The notes beneath the pieces were generated by a model, which made no database searches, was not told the origin of the DNA, and saw nothing but the letters and a program-made list of their open reading frames with translations. The translations under genes were made by a program, and so were the position numbers. DNA of 63,984 nt, the filler included, from an uncultured bacterium (GTDB taxonomy: Bacteria; DAOPZR01), in NCBI GenBank assembly GCA_964637655.1. It is 9 parts of 9 records of this genome, joined end to end, with 100 filler letters (N's around TTAATTAATTAA, not from the genome) between each part and the next. Parts side by side here need not be neighbours in the genome. Positions count along the whole stretch, not along the records: positions 45,716 to 52,995 come from CAZWUZ010000196.1; positions 53,096 to 60,318 come from CAZWUZ010000197.1; positions 60,419 to 63,984 come from CAZWUZ010000341.1; 6 more parts are not named here. One strand, written 5' to 3'. Below are positions 51,567-61,528 of the stretch, in pieces. Numbering within the stretch: the first letter of the stretch is position 1; each line of letters begins with the position of its first letter.

Positions 51567-52735
51567 GCTCCCTGACCGGGCGCCTGTCGCGCGCCGCGCT
51601 GAACATGCCCCCGTCGGGGATCCGCAAGTATTTCGATCTGGCGGCGACGATGAAGGATGTCATCTCGCTCGGCGTGGGCGAACCCGACTTCGTCACCCCG
51701 TGGCGCACGCGCGAGGCGTGCATCTACTCGCTCGAGCGCGGCAAGACCACCTACACCTCGAACTACGGGATGCTCGAACTGCGCCAGGCCATCGCCCGCT
51801 CGCTGCAGCATTACTATCAGTTGCAGTATGATCCGGCGACGGAGATCCTCGTCACGGTCGGGGTGAGCGAGGCGCTCGATCTCGCGCTGCGCGCGATCAT
51901 CAACCCGGGGGACGAGGTGCTCTACCTCGAACCGGGCTACGTCTCCTACGCGCCGACCATCATGCTGGCGGGGGGTGTGCCGGTGCCGGTGCCGACGCGC
52001 CGCGACGCGGGCTTCGCCCCCGACCTGCAGGCCTTCGCCGCGGCCATCACCCCGCGCAGCAAGGCGGTGCTGCTCAATTACCCGTGCAACCCGACGGGCT
52101 CGACTTTGGCGCGTGCTGACCTCGAGCAGCTCGCCGCCCTGTGCGCGCAACACGATCTCATCGTGCTCTCGGACGAGATCTACAGCCAGCTCTCCTACGA
52201 CGTGCCGCACGTGGCGCTGGCGTCGCTGCCGGGGATGAAGGAACGCACCATCACGCTCAACGGTTTTTCCAAGGCCTACGCGATGACCGGGTGGCGGCTC
52301 GGCTACGCCTGCGCCCCGCCCGAGGTCATCGAGGTGATGATGAAGATCCACCAGTACACCATGCTCTGCGCCCCCATCACCGCGCAGCAGGCGGCGCTCG
52401 AGGCGCTGGCGCACGGGCATGACGACATGCGCGAGATGATCGACGAGTACCAGACGCGGCGCAACTTCTTCGTGCGGCGGCTGAACGAGATCAACATGCC
52501 CTGCCACATGCCGCAGGGTGCGTTCTACGCCTTCCCGAGCATCGCGGCGACGTCGCTTGACGCGGACGCCTTCGCGGTGAAACTGCTCGAGGAGGAGCGC
52601 GTGGTGGTGGTCCCCGGCGACGTCTTCGGCCCGTCGGGACGCGGGCATATCCGCTGCTCGTACGCGACGGCGCTCGACAAGATCGGCGAGGCGTGCGTGC
52701 GCCTCGAGCGTTTCGTGCGCAAGTACCGGAAGTAG
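51563..52735 (+). CDS. PLP-dependent class I/II aminotransferase (YugH/AlaT-like)
   Basis: PPSGIRKYFD, SLGVGEPDF, NPTG, SDEIY, GFSKAYAMTGWRLG. Confidence 0.93.
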   Translation: MSSLTGRLSRAALNMPPSGIRKYFDLAATMKDVISLGVGEPDFVTPWRTREACIYSLERGKTTYTSNYGMLELRQAIARSLQHYYQLQYDPATEILVTVGVSEALDLALRAIINPGDEVLYLEPGYVSYAPTIMLAGGVPVPVPTRRDAGFAPDLQAFAAAITPRSKAVLLNYPCNPTGSTLARADLEQLAALCAQHDLIVLSDEIYSQLSYDVPHVALASLPGMKERTITLNGFSKAYAMTGWRLGYACAPPEVIEVMMKIHQYTMLCAPITAQQAALEALAHGHDDMREMIDEYQTRRNFFVRRLNEINMPCHMPQGAFYAFPSIAATSLDADAFAVKLLEEERVVVVPGDVFGPSGRGHIRCSYATALDKIGEACVRLERFVRKYRK

Positions 52736-52746
52736 GGGGGGGACGC

Positions 52747-52995
52747 ATGCGACTCTGGCTCATGGCGTGCTGCCTGCTGGCGGCCGCACCCGCACCGGCG
52801 GAACCGCTGCAGGTGCGCGGCCCCGCGGCGAGCGCGGCGGGCGATCTCAACGGCGACAACCGCGCCGACCTGCTCATCGTCGACGGGCACGGCGGCGTCT
52901 ATCTCGCCTATCAGGGGGTGACGGACGCGACGGGTGCGCCGCAGTTCCTGCGTCCCGTGCCGGTGACCGCGGGCGGGATGCCGCTGACGGTGTAC
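52747..52995 (+). CDS. Secreted FG-GAP/VCBS repeat protein (3' truncated)
   Basis: Signal peptide; AGDLNGDNRADLLI. Confidence 0.65.
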
Positions 52996-53097
52996 NNNNN
53001 NNNNNNNNNNNNNNNNNNNNNNNNNNNNNNNNNNNNNNNTTAATTAATTAANNNNNNNNNNNNNNNNNNNNNNNNNNNNNNNNNNNNNNNNNNNNCC

Positions 53098-53760
53098 GAC
53101 GCGACCGCGACGGAGGCGAGCGCGCCGCAGGCCGACCCGCGCGTGCAGACGCAGGAACAGCAGCCGCGCACGGTGACCGACCCGGTCAACCCGCCGCTGC
53201 TCACCATCACGGCACCCGCGCCCTTCGCCGTGACGTCGCGCGAACGCGCGCTGCAGGAGGCCGCGACCCGGCAGACGGCGGCACAGCGGCAGAGCGGGCA
53301 GCAGGTGGCGACCGGGCCGAATGTCGGGCAGGGCATCAACCTTCCCGCGCATGAACTCGGGCAGGTGAGCGCCACGCTGCAGACCGCGCAGGGGCCGGTG
53401 ACCGTGCCCGCCTACGTGCCGGCGCAGACGCCGGTCGAGGGATTCTCGCAGCGTCCGCACAGCCCGATTATCTCGCACGGCTACGAGTCGTCGGGGACCA
53501 TTGTCTCGTCGCGCCGGCTCATCTACAAGGAACTGCCGCCGGTACCCGCCTGGCTGCAGCAGCAGGGGGTGGAGCCCGAGATGCGCTTCAAGGTGCTCAT
53601 CCTCCCTGACGGATCCATCACCCGGGTCGAACTGCTCGCCCGGTCGGGCGGCCGCCCGGAACTCGACGACGCGGTGCGCGCCGCCATCTACAAGTGGAAG
53701 TATGAGCGCGGGGTCGGCGCCGAATGGCGCATCATCCGCGTCACCTACGATTTGCAGTGA
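53098..53760 (+). CDS. TonB C-terminal domain protein (5' truncated)
   Basis: ILPDGSITRVELLARSGG.PELDDAVRAAIYKWKY. Confidence 0.7.
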   Translation, partial: DATATEASAPQADPRVQTQEQQPRTVTDPVNPPLLTITAPAPFAVTSRERALQEAATRQTAAQRQSGQQVATGPNVGQGINLPAHELGQVSATLQTAQGPVTVPAYVPAQTPVEGFSQRPHSPIISHGYESSGTIVSSRRLIYKELPPVPAWLQQQGVEPEMRFKVLILPDGSITRVELLARSGGRPELDDAVRAAIYKWKYERGVGAEWRIIRVTYDLQ

Positions 53761-53768
53761 CCCTCACG

Positions 53769-54810
53769 ATGGTGCCACTCTTTCACATTTTCACATTTTC
53801 CTGCGCGGGGGATATTGTATAATGCGAGGCCCGAGAATAAGTTATCCCGGAGCAGTGCTTCACGTCTACAATCGTTTTGTTGACAAACATCCGTTTTTCA
53901 AGACACCTGAAGATTACACGCTGGTGCTTGATCTGCTTTTTGAAATCGCGGAGACATTTGAAATCAGTGTCTACGCATATGCCATCATGCCGAACCATTT
54001 TCATTTCATCATGCAGACCCACAGCGGGGAACTGTCGCGCTTTTTCTGCCGTGTGTTTTCCCGTGTCGCCAAGACACTCAATAAACGTCATGAACGCAGC
54101 GGTCACCTGTTTCAGGGACGGACGAAATCGCTGATCATACAGAACGAGAAATATTTCCATACGGCTGTTGCGTATGTGCTGCTCAATCCAATGCGGGCCG
54201 GGCTGTCACGGGATATCCTGGCATACCGATGGTCAAGCGCGGCAGCTATGCTGGCGAATGATGTGCCGCTTGATCGCGAACGTTTGCTTGAATTTCTCTT
54301 CAGTACCAGCCGCGTTTCGCCGCAGCGAGTACGTACGTGGCTGAAAGGTCTTGTGCCGGAGCAGAATGGTGCCGACTACGATGCGGTACGGCGTGGCGGG
54401 TTTATTGCCGACAGCGATTTCCGGCAGCAGGTACTCTACCGGCTTGAACGCCGCAAGCAGCAACGCGGCGGTTTGCGCCGCAAGACCGACCGCATGCGGG
54501 TTGATTGTTCATGGCGTGAGATAACCGATAGGGTGAACCGGTACGTTGCAGAACATGAAGAATTGATGCCCTGGACAGATAGCAAGCGGGCCAAACGTTT
54601 TTGTGCGTGGTACGTGGCGGTGTGCCGCTGCGGCTGGAAACTCGAAAAACTGCGGACGGAATGTCGTGAAGCCGGCGCGCCGCTTTCCCGCTATGCGATG
54701 GCAATCAAACGTATCGATAGCAATCAAAAAAAGCGTGTCTTTGCCAGAAAGGTTTGCCGTTACGTCATTAATGAAATCGCAAATGTGAAAAAGTGAAAGA
54801 GTGGCACCAT
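53769..54810. mobile_element. RAYT/TnpA(REP)-type element bounded by 30-bp inverted repeats
   Basis: Left 53769-53798 ATGGTGCCACTCTTTCACATTTTCACATTT; right 54781-54810 is its reverse complement at 29/30; interior visibly lower in GC. Confidence 0.8.
53822..54796 (+). CDS. REP-associated tyrosine (Y1 HUH) transposase-like protein with C-terminal HTH-like extension
   Basis: PGAVLHVYNR, YAIMPNHFH (HUH), SGHLFQGR, YVLLNPMRAGL (catalytic Tyr), YRWSS. Confidence 0.92.
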   Translation: MRGPRISYPGAVLHVYNRFVDKHPFFKTPEDYTLVLDLLFEIAETFEISVYAYAIMPNHFHFIMQTHSGELSRFFCRVFSRVAKTLNKRHERSGHLFQGRTKSLIIQNEKYFHTAVAYVLLNPMRAGLSRDILAYRWSSAAAMLANDVPLDRERLLEFLFSTSRVSPQRVRTWLKGLVPEQNGADYDAVRRGGFIADSDFRQQVLYRLERRKQQRGGLRRKTDRMRVDCSWREITDRVNRYVAEHEELMPWTDSKRAKRFCAWYVAVCRCGWKLEKLRTECREAGAPLSRYAMAIKRIDSNQKKRVFARKVCRYVINEIANVKK

Positions 54811-55798
54811 GAGTTCGGCACTGATTATCACGCATAACGACTTTGACGGTATCTTCAGCGGGGCCATCCTGCTGGCGGGATTGAAACCGCGGCGCCTGAC
54901 CTGCGACGTGCAGATCGCCGCGCCGAAGCGCCTCGCGCGCGCGCTGACCGAGCACCTGGGCGGGTTCACGCTCCCTGACGAGGTGTATATCGCCGACCTG
55001 GCGCTCAATGCCAACCAGGAGGACGACGTGCTGCGCGTGCTCAACCAGGTGCGCGAGCGCGGCGGCAAGGTTTACTGGTTCGATCATCACCGCTGGGATA
55101 AGGGGGTCTACGACCGCGCGGGCTACGTCTGCGACCGCCTCGTCGTCGATACCGCGGCGAAGACCGCGGCCCAGCTCATCCGCGACACCCTCTTCCCGCA
55201 GGACGCGCTTGCGGGCAAGCTCTTCCGCCTGCTCTACCGGCAGGAGCCGGAGGCGGGTACGCCGTGGGCGCAGGAGTGGTTCGCCTGCCTCGAGCACGCG
55301 GTAAACTCTCGCAGCGACGCGGCGGTGCGCCGCGCGACCTTCCGCATCGCCTACCATGACCGCCCCGGCCTGCTCGCCACCATCGGCATGCGCTTCGCCC
55401 GCTTCGGGCGCCGCACCTTCGACCTCGACCGCCTGCCGCGGCGCATGGAGCAGACCAACGCCGGGCGCGCGCTGCTGGTTATCGACCTGCGCAATTGCAG
55501 CGAGAACATCAACCGCCTTTATCGCGATATAGTCGAGAAGTACGCGCCGGACATCTACATCGCCGTGCTCGATGACACGCAGCTGCAGTGCGGGCGCGGG
55601 CAGTGGGCGGAGTTCTCGCTCGAGCCGTTCCTCGACGGGAGCGCACTCGGCACCCTGCGCGCCGAGGTGAAGGGGCACCGCTACGTCGGCGCCGTCACGC
55701 TGCGCCCGTCGCTGCGCAGCGCCCTGCGCGCGCTGCTGCGCCGCGGCTACAACGACGAGACGGAACAGTTCATCGCCCTCGTCCGCTCGCGCTACTGA
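54809..55798 (+). CDS. DHH family phosphoesterase
   Basis: IITHNDFDG, VYIADL, WFDHH. Confidence 0.75.
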   Translation: MSSALIITHNDFDGIFSGAILLAGLKPRRLTCDVQIAAPKRLARALTEHLGGFTLPDEVYIADLALNANQEDDVLRVLNQVRERGGKVYWFDHHRWDKGVYDRAGYVCDRLVVDTAAKTAAQLIRDTLFPQDALAGKLFRLLYRQEPEAGTPWAQEWFACLEHAVNSRSDAAVRRATFRIAYHDRPGLLATIGMRFARFGRRTFDLDRLPRRMEQTNAGRALLVIDLRNCSENINRLYRDIVEKYAPDIYIAVLDDTQLQCGRGQWAEFSLEPFLDGSALGTLRAEVKGHRYVGAVTLRPSLRSALRALLRRGYNDETEQFIALVRSRY

Positions 55799-55799
55799 C

Positions 55800-56453
55800 A
55801 TGCTCCTCGCTTTCGACATGGACGGCACGCTGTTCGACTCGCGCTCGCTCGTCGCCTGCTGCTACGCGCAGACGCTGCGCGAACTCGACCTGCCGTTCCC
55901 CGCGCCCGACGCGGAGACCATCCTCGCGCATGTCGGCAAGCCGGTGACGGAAATCATCGCCACGCTCTTCCCGCAGGCGACTGCGGTGCAGAAGCAGGCA
56001 GTCGCCGACCGCGGCCTGCAGCATATCGTCGCCGCCATCCGCCGCGGCGAGGGTCTCGTCTTCCCCGGCACGGCGGACACCCTGCGGGCGCTGTCAGCCG
56101 CGGGGCATACGCTCGCCATCGTCTCCAATGCCCGCCCTCCCTACCTGCGCGCCATCATTGAAACGCACGGTATCGCGGACCTGTTCGTGTTTCTCGGGTC
56201 GGTGGCCGATGCCCCGCCCGGCGGCAGCAAGGCGGACATCCTGCGTCGCGCGCTGACGGAGACCGGCTTCGTCTCCGCGCAGGCGCTGATGATCGGCGAT
56301 CGCGCCGCGGACTATGACGCGGCCCGTGCCTGCGGCGTGCGCTTTGTCGCCTGCCGCTACGGGCATGGCACGCCCGACGAGTGGCCGCAGGCCGTTGTTG
56401 TGCTCGACGCGGTGACGAACCTGCCAGCCGCTGTTGCCCGCTTCGCCGCATGA
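55800..56453 (+). CDS. HAD family hydrolase (Gph-like)
   Basis: FDMDGTL, IVSN, K, MIGDRAAD, YGHG. Confidence 0.9.
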   Translation: MLLAFDMDGTLFDSRSLVACCYAQTLRELDLPFPAPDAETILAHVGKPVTEIIATLFPQATAVQKQAVADRGLQHIVAAIRRGEGLVFPGTADTLRALSAAGHTLAIVSNARPPYLRAIIETHGIADLFVFLGSVADAPPGGSKADILRRALTETGFVSAQALMIGDRAADYDAARACGVRFVACRYGHGTPDEWPQAVVVLDAVTNLPAAVARFAA

Positions 56454-57238
56454 CGCTCCCGCTCGTCGACAGTCATGCGCATCTGGACATGGCGGAGTAT
56501 GCCGATGATTGCGAGGCGGTGGTCGGGCGCTTCCGCGCCGCGGGCGGCGAAACGCTCATCCTTGCAGCCGATGACCTGACTGCATCGACGGCGGCGCGTG
56601 ATTTGGCAGCACGCTACGGGTTTCCCTTCATGGCCGGCGTGCATCCGCATACCGCGCGCGACCTGAATCCAGCCGAGTGGCATGCCCTGCGCACGTTGTG
56701 GCGCGACCCGCGCTGCTGCGCGGTCGGCGAAATCGGCCTCGACTACCATTATCCCGGCCATGACATGGGCGCGCAGCAGCGGATGTTCACCGCGCTGCTT
56801 GCGGCGGCTGTCGACGAACAACTCCCCGCGATTATCCATGCCCGCGATGCCGACGCTGATGCCGCAGCAGTGCTGCGCGAATTCCTCCCGCGCCTGCGCG
56901 GCGGCATTCTGCACTGCCATAACGGGTCGGCGCTGCTGGCGGAAACCGTGCTCGCCTTTCCCGGCTGGTACCTGTCGTTTGCCGGACCGGTGACCTACCC
57001 GAAAGCGCAGCGCCTGCGCGACGCTGTTGCAGCAACACCTGCTGACCGCCTGCTGACCGAAACCGATGCCCCCTACCTCGCCCCCCAGCCGCGGCGCGGA
57101 GAGCGCAATGAACCGGCCTATGTCGCGCACCTGCTGCCGGTCATGGCCGCCGCGCGTGGCGTAGCAGAAGAAGAACTTGCATCAACCATCGCAGCCAACG
57201 CCCGCGCCTTCCTCGCTCTGACCTCCTCCCGATCCTGA
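56450..57238 (+). CDS. tatD: TatD family hydrolase
   Basis: DSHAHL, GVHPH, VGEIGLDY, IIHARDA, ETDAPYLAPQPRRGERNEP. Confidence 0.93.
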   Translation: MTLPLVDSHAHLDMAEYADDCEAVVGRFRAAGGETLILAADDLTASTAARDLAARYGFPFMAGVHPHTARDLNPAEWHALRTLWRDPRCCAVGEIGLDYHYPGHDMGAQQRMFTALLAAAVDEQLPAIIHARDADADAAAVLREFLPRLRGGILHCHNGSALLAETVLAFPGWYLSFAGPVTYPKAQRLRDAVAATPADRLLTETDAPYLAPQPRRGERNEPAYVAHLLPVMAAARGVAEEELASTIAANARAFLALTSSRS

Positions 57239-57271
57239 TTGTTGTGTACGCCGCACCGCGGATGAAAAGTG

Positions 57272-57401
57272 CCCAAAGTTATCCCGTAATTCCATTAGTT
57301 GAGTGCCTGGCACCAGATTATGTGCCTGGCACCGGGGATATAATCACCCAAAGTTATCTCGTAATTCCATTAGTTGAGTGCCTGGCACCAGAATTTGTGC
57401 C
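57272..57401. repeat. AT-rich 55-bp direct repeat (period 75) with three GTGCCTGGCACC motifs
   Basis: 57272-57326 vs 57347-57401 (3 mismatches); motif at 57303, 57322, 57378. Confidence 0.9.
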
Positions 57402-57408
57402 GGTTCAC

Positions 57409-57437
57409 TTGACGGGGGGTGTGGGGACTACTATAAT
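57409..57437 (+). promoter_or_regulatory. sigma70 promoter TTGACG-N17-TATAAT for the histidine kinase operon
   Basis: Near-perfect consensus. Confidence 0.75.
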
Positions 57438-57473
57438 TATTGAGCGTGCCGGAGAGGTGCGCATGGAGGCGGC

Positions 57474-59303
57474 ATGGTGCGACTTGCGCTCATCGCCAGC
57501 ATCGGCATAGTGCTTGCCGCGTATGCCCTGCCCGCTGCCGCCCACGAATCCCCGCACATTCTCATCCTCAACTCCTACCATCCCGGCTATGCATGGAGTG
57601 ACGACGTGCAGGCGGCGCTGCTGCATGAACTGTCGGCCGACCTGCCGGATACCGACATCGTCATCGAGTACCTCGACAGCAAGCACTATCCGAATCTGCG
57701 GCACCGTCAGGAATTCCTCGCGCTGCTCAAACGCAAGTATGCGAACCTGAACGTGTCGCTGATCGTCACGCTGGACAATCCCGCGCTCGAATTCGTGCTC
57801 GACCATCGCGACGTCTTTCGCGATATTCCGGTCGTCTTCGGCGGGGTCAACGGCTTTTCCCCGGCGCTGCTGCGCGGCGACACGAGCAGCACCGGCGTCC
57901 CCGAGGAACTCGATCCCGGCGGAACCATCCGCATCGCCCTGCGCCTGCAGCCGCAGCTGCGCGAATTCGTCGTGCTCAACGACACGACGGTGACGGGTGC
58001 GGGGAGTGCGCGCATGCTCGAGGCGGCGCGCCCGCAGTTGCCGGGCGAAATCACCTGGCGTTTTCTCCCCCCCGACCCGCTCCCGGCACTGGCGGCCGAA
58101 CTGCGGGCGCTCCCCCCGACGAGCGCCGTGCTGCTGCTGTCGTATGCGAATGACAACCGCGGCACTGTTTACAATTCGACGGCCGTGCCGGAGCAGCTGC
58201 GCGACCTGACCCCGGTCCCTGTCTACGCGGTGCACGGGCCGCGGCTCGGGCATGGTATCGCCGGCGGCCTGCTGCTCGACGCGGCGGCGCACGGAGAGCA
58301 GGTGGCGGCGCTGGTGCAGCGCGTGCTGGCGGGCGAGGCGGCAGGGAATATCCCCGTCGACACGACGCCGCGCGCGGTGCCAATGTTTGACGAGCGAGAA
58401 CTGCGCAGACATCGCCTCGATCCCGCCCTGCTGCCGGCGGGGAGCACGGTCATCAACCGGCTGCCGTCGGTCTGGCGCGACCATCCGCGGCAGGCGGCGG
58501 CAGCGACCGGGATTATCGCCGTCCTCGCGCTGCTGGTCGTGCTGCTGCTGGTCAACATCGTCAGGCGGCGGCGGGCGGAGGCGGAACTGCGCACGCTGGA
58601 CGAGCGCAAAACCAATCTGCTCTCCAATGTCTCGCACGAACTGCGCACCCCGCTGGTAGCCATCCGCGGCTATGCGGAACTCATCAGCGAGGGGCTGTCG
58701 GGAAGCGTCACGCCGCGGCAGCAGGAGCAACTGGGCGTGGTCATCCGCAACATCGACCGCCTGCTCGAACTCATCGACCATCTGCTGGCGTTCGCCCGGC
58801 TCGAAAGCGGGGCGCTGCAGCTGCGCTGCCGCCCGCTCGACCTGCGCGCGGTGGTGCAGGATGCCATCGCCACGGTGACCCCGAAGGCGCAGCGGGCGCA
58901 GGTACTGCTGACGGTGCAGACGGACGCTGACCCGGTGATGGTCAACGGCGATGCTGACCGCCTGCAGCAGCTGCTGGCCAACCTGCTCGACAACGGCATC
59001 AAGTTCACCCCGCCCGGGGGGAGCGTCAGCGTCGACCTGCACGCAGACGGCGTGGCGGCGCGGCTGACGGTGCGCGATACCGGCCCGGGCATCCCGGCCG
59101 CAGCGCAGGAGCGGATCTTCGACCGCTTTTTCCAGGCGGACGCGGGGATCACGCGGCGGCACAGCGGCACGGGCATCGGCCTCGCGCTGGTCAGGGAAAT
59201 CGCCCACCGGCATAACGGCACGGTGGCGGTGCGCAGCACGGAAGGTGAAGGGGCGCAGTTCACCGTGCTGCTGCCGCTGCACACCGCGGACGGCGAACGG
59301 TAA
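57474..59303 (+). CDS. Sensor histidine kinase with periplasmic substrate-binding-like domain
   Basis: [14 protein letters not shown] sensor, [34 protein letters not shown]. Confidence 0.93.
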   Translation: MVRLALIASIGIVLAAYALPAAAHESPHILILNSYHPGYAWSDDVQAALLHELSADLPDTDIVIEYLDSKHYPNLRHRQEFLALLKRKYANLNVSLIVTLDNPALEFVLDHRDVFRDIPVVFGGVNGFSPALLRGDTSSTGVPEELDPGGTIRIALRLQPQLREFVVLNDTTVTGAGSARMLEAARPQLPGEITWRFLPPDPLPALAAELRALPPTSAVLLLSYANDNRGTVYNSTAVPEQLRDLTPVPVYAVHGPRLGHGIAGGLLLDAAAHGEQVAALVQRVLAGEAAGNIPVDTTPRAVPMFDERELRRHRLDPALLPAGSTVINRLPSVWRDHPRQAAAATGIIAVLALLVVLLLVNIVRRRRAEAELRTLDERKTNLLSNVSHELRTPLVAIRGYAELISEGLSGSVTPRQQEQLGVVIRNIDRLLELIDHLLAFARLESGALQLRCRPLDLRAVVQDAIATVTPKAQRAQVLLTVQTDADPVMVNGDADRLQQLLANLLDNGIKFTPPGGSVSVDLHADGVAARLTVRDTGPGIPAAAQERIFDRFFQADAGITRRHSGTGIGLALVREIAHRHNGTVAVRSTEGEGAQFTVLLPLHTADGER

Positions 59304-60238
59304 TGCGCATTATCATCCTGCTGCTGCTTTTCTGCCTGCTGCCGGCAGCGGCACTGGCGGCAACGGAGCACACGCAGGTGCTCGCGGTGCAGGGGAAGGT
59401 ACAGTGTCTGATGCCCGGGGAGACGCAGGCGGTGTGGCTGGCGGCGGGTGACGCGGTCCCCTACGGGAGCATGGTGCGCACGGGGAGCGGTGCGGTGGAA
59501 CTGCTGGTGCCCGACGCGGGGCGCGTCCGCCTGCACGCTGAGGCGCAGGCGACCATCGTTGCGGACGGGGGCGGCCACACGCTCTGGCTCGATGCGGGGA
59601 TGGCGCAGCAGCTGCTCGACCTGCTGCAGGGGCGCGAGTTTACGGTCGTGACCCCGTCCGTGACGGCGGGGGTGCGCGGCACGGTCTTCACCGTCGCGGC
59701 GGCGGCGGACGGCAGTGCGGAGGTCGCGGTTGACACCGGCACCGTGGCGCTCGACAGCGTGCTGAGCGGCGAGGCGGCGGTGCTGCACGGCGGGGAGACG
59801 GCCCGGGCGGCGCTGGGTGAAACCCTGCAGCCGCTGGCGGGCCCGCTCACCGGCGCGGGTGCCACCGGTACCCGCCGCAAGCGGATGGCGCTCGCCGCGC
59901 TGGCGGGCGCCCCGACTGATACCGCCCTGCACCAACTCGCGCAGCGGCTGCAGGGGGCGGCACGGCGCTGCGCGGAGCAGGTGCAGCGCTACCGCGACCT
60001 GCAGCAGCAGCGTGACCGGCTGGCGGCAACCCCGCATCAGCGGCGGCAGACGCTGCGTCTCGAGCAGCGACTGGCGCAGGCGCGGCAGGCGGCAGCCGCC
60101 CACCGCCGCCAGCTGGCCGCACTGTCGCGCTGGCTGCAGCGGCAGGCAGCTGACGGCGCGTCCGGAGAAACACTCGACGCGGCACAGGCGGGGCTGCGCG
60201 ACCTGCAGACCGCGCTGGTAATGATTCCGGCACCATGA
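59303..60238 (+). CDS. FecR-domain protein
   Basis: Signal peptide; VRTG, FTVVTPSVTAGVRGTVFTV..V..G.V; coiled-coil tail. Confidence 0.75.
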   Translation: MRIIILLLLFCLLPAAALAATEHTQVLAVQGKVQCLMPGETQAVWLAAGDAVPYGSMVRTGSGAVELLVPDAGRVRLHAEAQATIVADGGGHTLWLDAGMAQQLLDLLQGREFTVVTPSVTAGVRGTVFTVAAAADGSAEVAVDTGTVALDSVLSGEAAVLHGGETARAALGETLQPLAGPLTGAGATGTRRKRMALAALAGAPTDTALHQLAQRLQGAARRCAEQVQRYRDLQQQRDRLAATPHQRRQTLRLEQRLAQARQAAAAHRRQLAALSRWLQRQAADGASGETLDAAQAGLRDLQTALVMIPAP

Positions 60239-60318
60239 GCGACACGGCCGGGCGTCTGCAGCGCCTCTTCGAAGCGGCCCCGGACGGCATTGTCCGTACG
60301 GACGCGCACGCGGTCATC
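60235..60318 (+). CDS. Start of a probable PAS-domain protein (truncated)
   Basis: MSDTAGRLQRLFEAAPDGIVRTD; ATGA overlap. Confidence 0.5.
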
Positions 60319-60431
60319 NNNNNNNNNNNNNNNNNNNNNNNNNNNNNNNNNNNNNNNNNNNNTTAATTAATTAANNNNNNNNNNNNNNNNNNNNNNNNNN
60401 NNNNNNNNNNNNNNNNNNTTTATCCTTGATG

Positions 60432-60746
60432 TCAATTATTACAAAGATAATCGGCTGCGGTATCGGTGCAAGACTTTGCCGTATGACCAAGGGCGAATCG
60501 CTTACGGTAGGAGTGGGTATGGTAGCGCGCGGTGAGGTTGCGCTCGAGCAGGAAGGCGAGCCCGGCGGAAAAGAGCACCCAGAGGGCAGCCACACCGGCC
60601 AGCGCGAGTTCCGCGTTGCCGCGTGAAACGCCCGCCTGCGCGAGGAACTCCGCCAGCGGGGCAGCGACAAAGAGGAGTACCCCGGCACCGCCGGTAAAAC
60701 CGAGCCAGAGCCAGTAGCCGAGGAAATGCAGCACGCGTTTCATCAT
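60432..60746 (-). CDS. Small membrane protein; 3' end probably chimeric
   Basis: Two TMs; ATGA overlap with the upstream gene; last ~90 nt low GC. Confidence 0.5.
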   Translation of the reverse strand: MMKRVLHFLGYWLWLGFTGGAGVLLFVAAPLAEFLAQAGVSRGNAELALAGVAALWVLFSAGLAFLLERNLTARYHTHSYRKRFALGHTAKSCTDTAADYLCNN

Positions 60747-61528
60747 GGGAGCACCGTAAGCGGGCGGCGGTAGAGACCTTCACCGAGGCGTTGTCCGGTA
60801 GCCGGATCAGTCAGCAGAATGGCGAGGAAGTAGCTGCCCGGGACGAGGCGGTGGGTGGCCACGGAAAGCTGCAGGTCAAGGGTGCCCCCGCGCGGGATGG
60901 TAGCGGAGTGACCGTCGGTCTCCGCCACCTGTGTCCCCGTTTCGCTGAGCACGACCGCGATAGGCACCGCGAGGGCATCCACCGTGCCGCCATTGGTTGC
61001 CGTCAGGGTCAGCGGCAGCGTATCGCCCCGCCGCACGCTGGCGGGATACTGTGCCGCGGTCACGGCCAGTGCCGCGGTGCCGACGCGCACGGGGATGCCG
61101 TGGCGCGCGTCGACGCGGGAATTATCCGCGGCATCATAGAGAATGAGCGCGCCGCTGCGCCAGCCCGGCGGCAAGTGCGCGGTAAGGGTCACGGTTGCCT
61201 GCTCGCGTTTGCGCACGGGGATGACCGGGCTCTCCATCTCGGTTTCACCCTCGATGGCGAGTACCACATAGGCGGCACCGTCACCCCAGCGGTCGTTGCT
61301 GACACGCAGCCCCACGGTGACCGGCGAGTCAGCCGCTACCGCTTCTGCCGGTGCCACCGTGCCGACGATGCGCAGCTGCGCGGTGAAGACCGTCTGTTTG
61401 ACCGCCACGGCCGCAAGGTAGAGCGCGAGCAGCACGGCACAGAACAGGCCGAGGCGCAGCGCCGGGCCGCGGTTGCCGCTGTGGTTCTGCACTTCCGGCG
61501 GCGGCTGCCATTCCCGCTTCTCCGTCAT
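60743..61528 (-). CDS. Single-TM protein with tandem Ig/CARDB-like beta domains
   Basis: N-terminal TM; YPASVRRGDTLPLTLTATNGG, LVPGSY. Confidence 0.55.
   Translation of the reverse strand: MTEKREWQPPPEVQNHSGNRGPALRLGLFCAVLLALYLAAVAVKQTVFTAQLRIVGTVAPAEAVAADSPVTVGLRVSNDRWGDGAAYVVLAIEGETEMESPVIPVRKREQATVTLTAHLPPGWRSGALILYDAADNSRVDARHGIPVRVGTAALAVTAAQYPASVRRGDTLPLTLTATNGGTVDALAVPIAVVLSETGTQVAETDGHSATIPRGGTLDLQLSVATHRLVPGSYFLAILLTDPATGQRLGEGLYRRPLTVLP

Noticed and set aside
53822-54796. IS200/IS605 element with TnpB/IscB
   Set aside because: No RuvC-type partner ORF; length and motifs (GHLFQGR, NPxRAG, YxWSS) fit the RAYT type rather than short IS200 TnpA.
57272-57401. Possible mini-CRISPR, or the 88-aa ORF 57244-57510
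   Set aside because: Only two long repeats, and the intervening DNA contains the repeat motif; the ORF is just the translated repeat.
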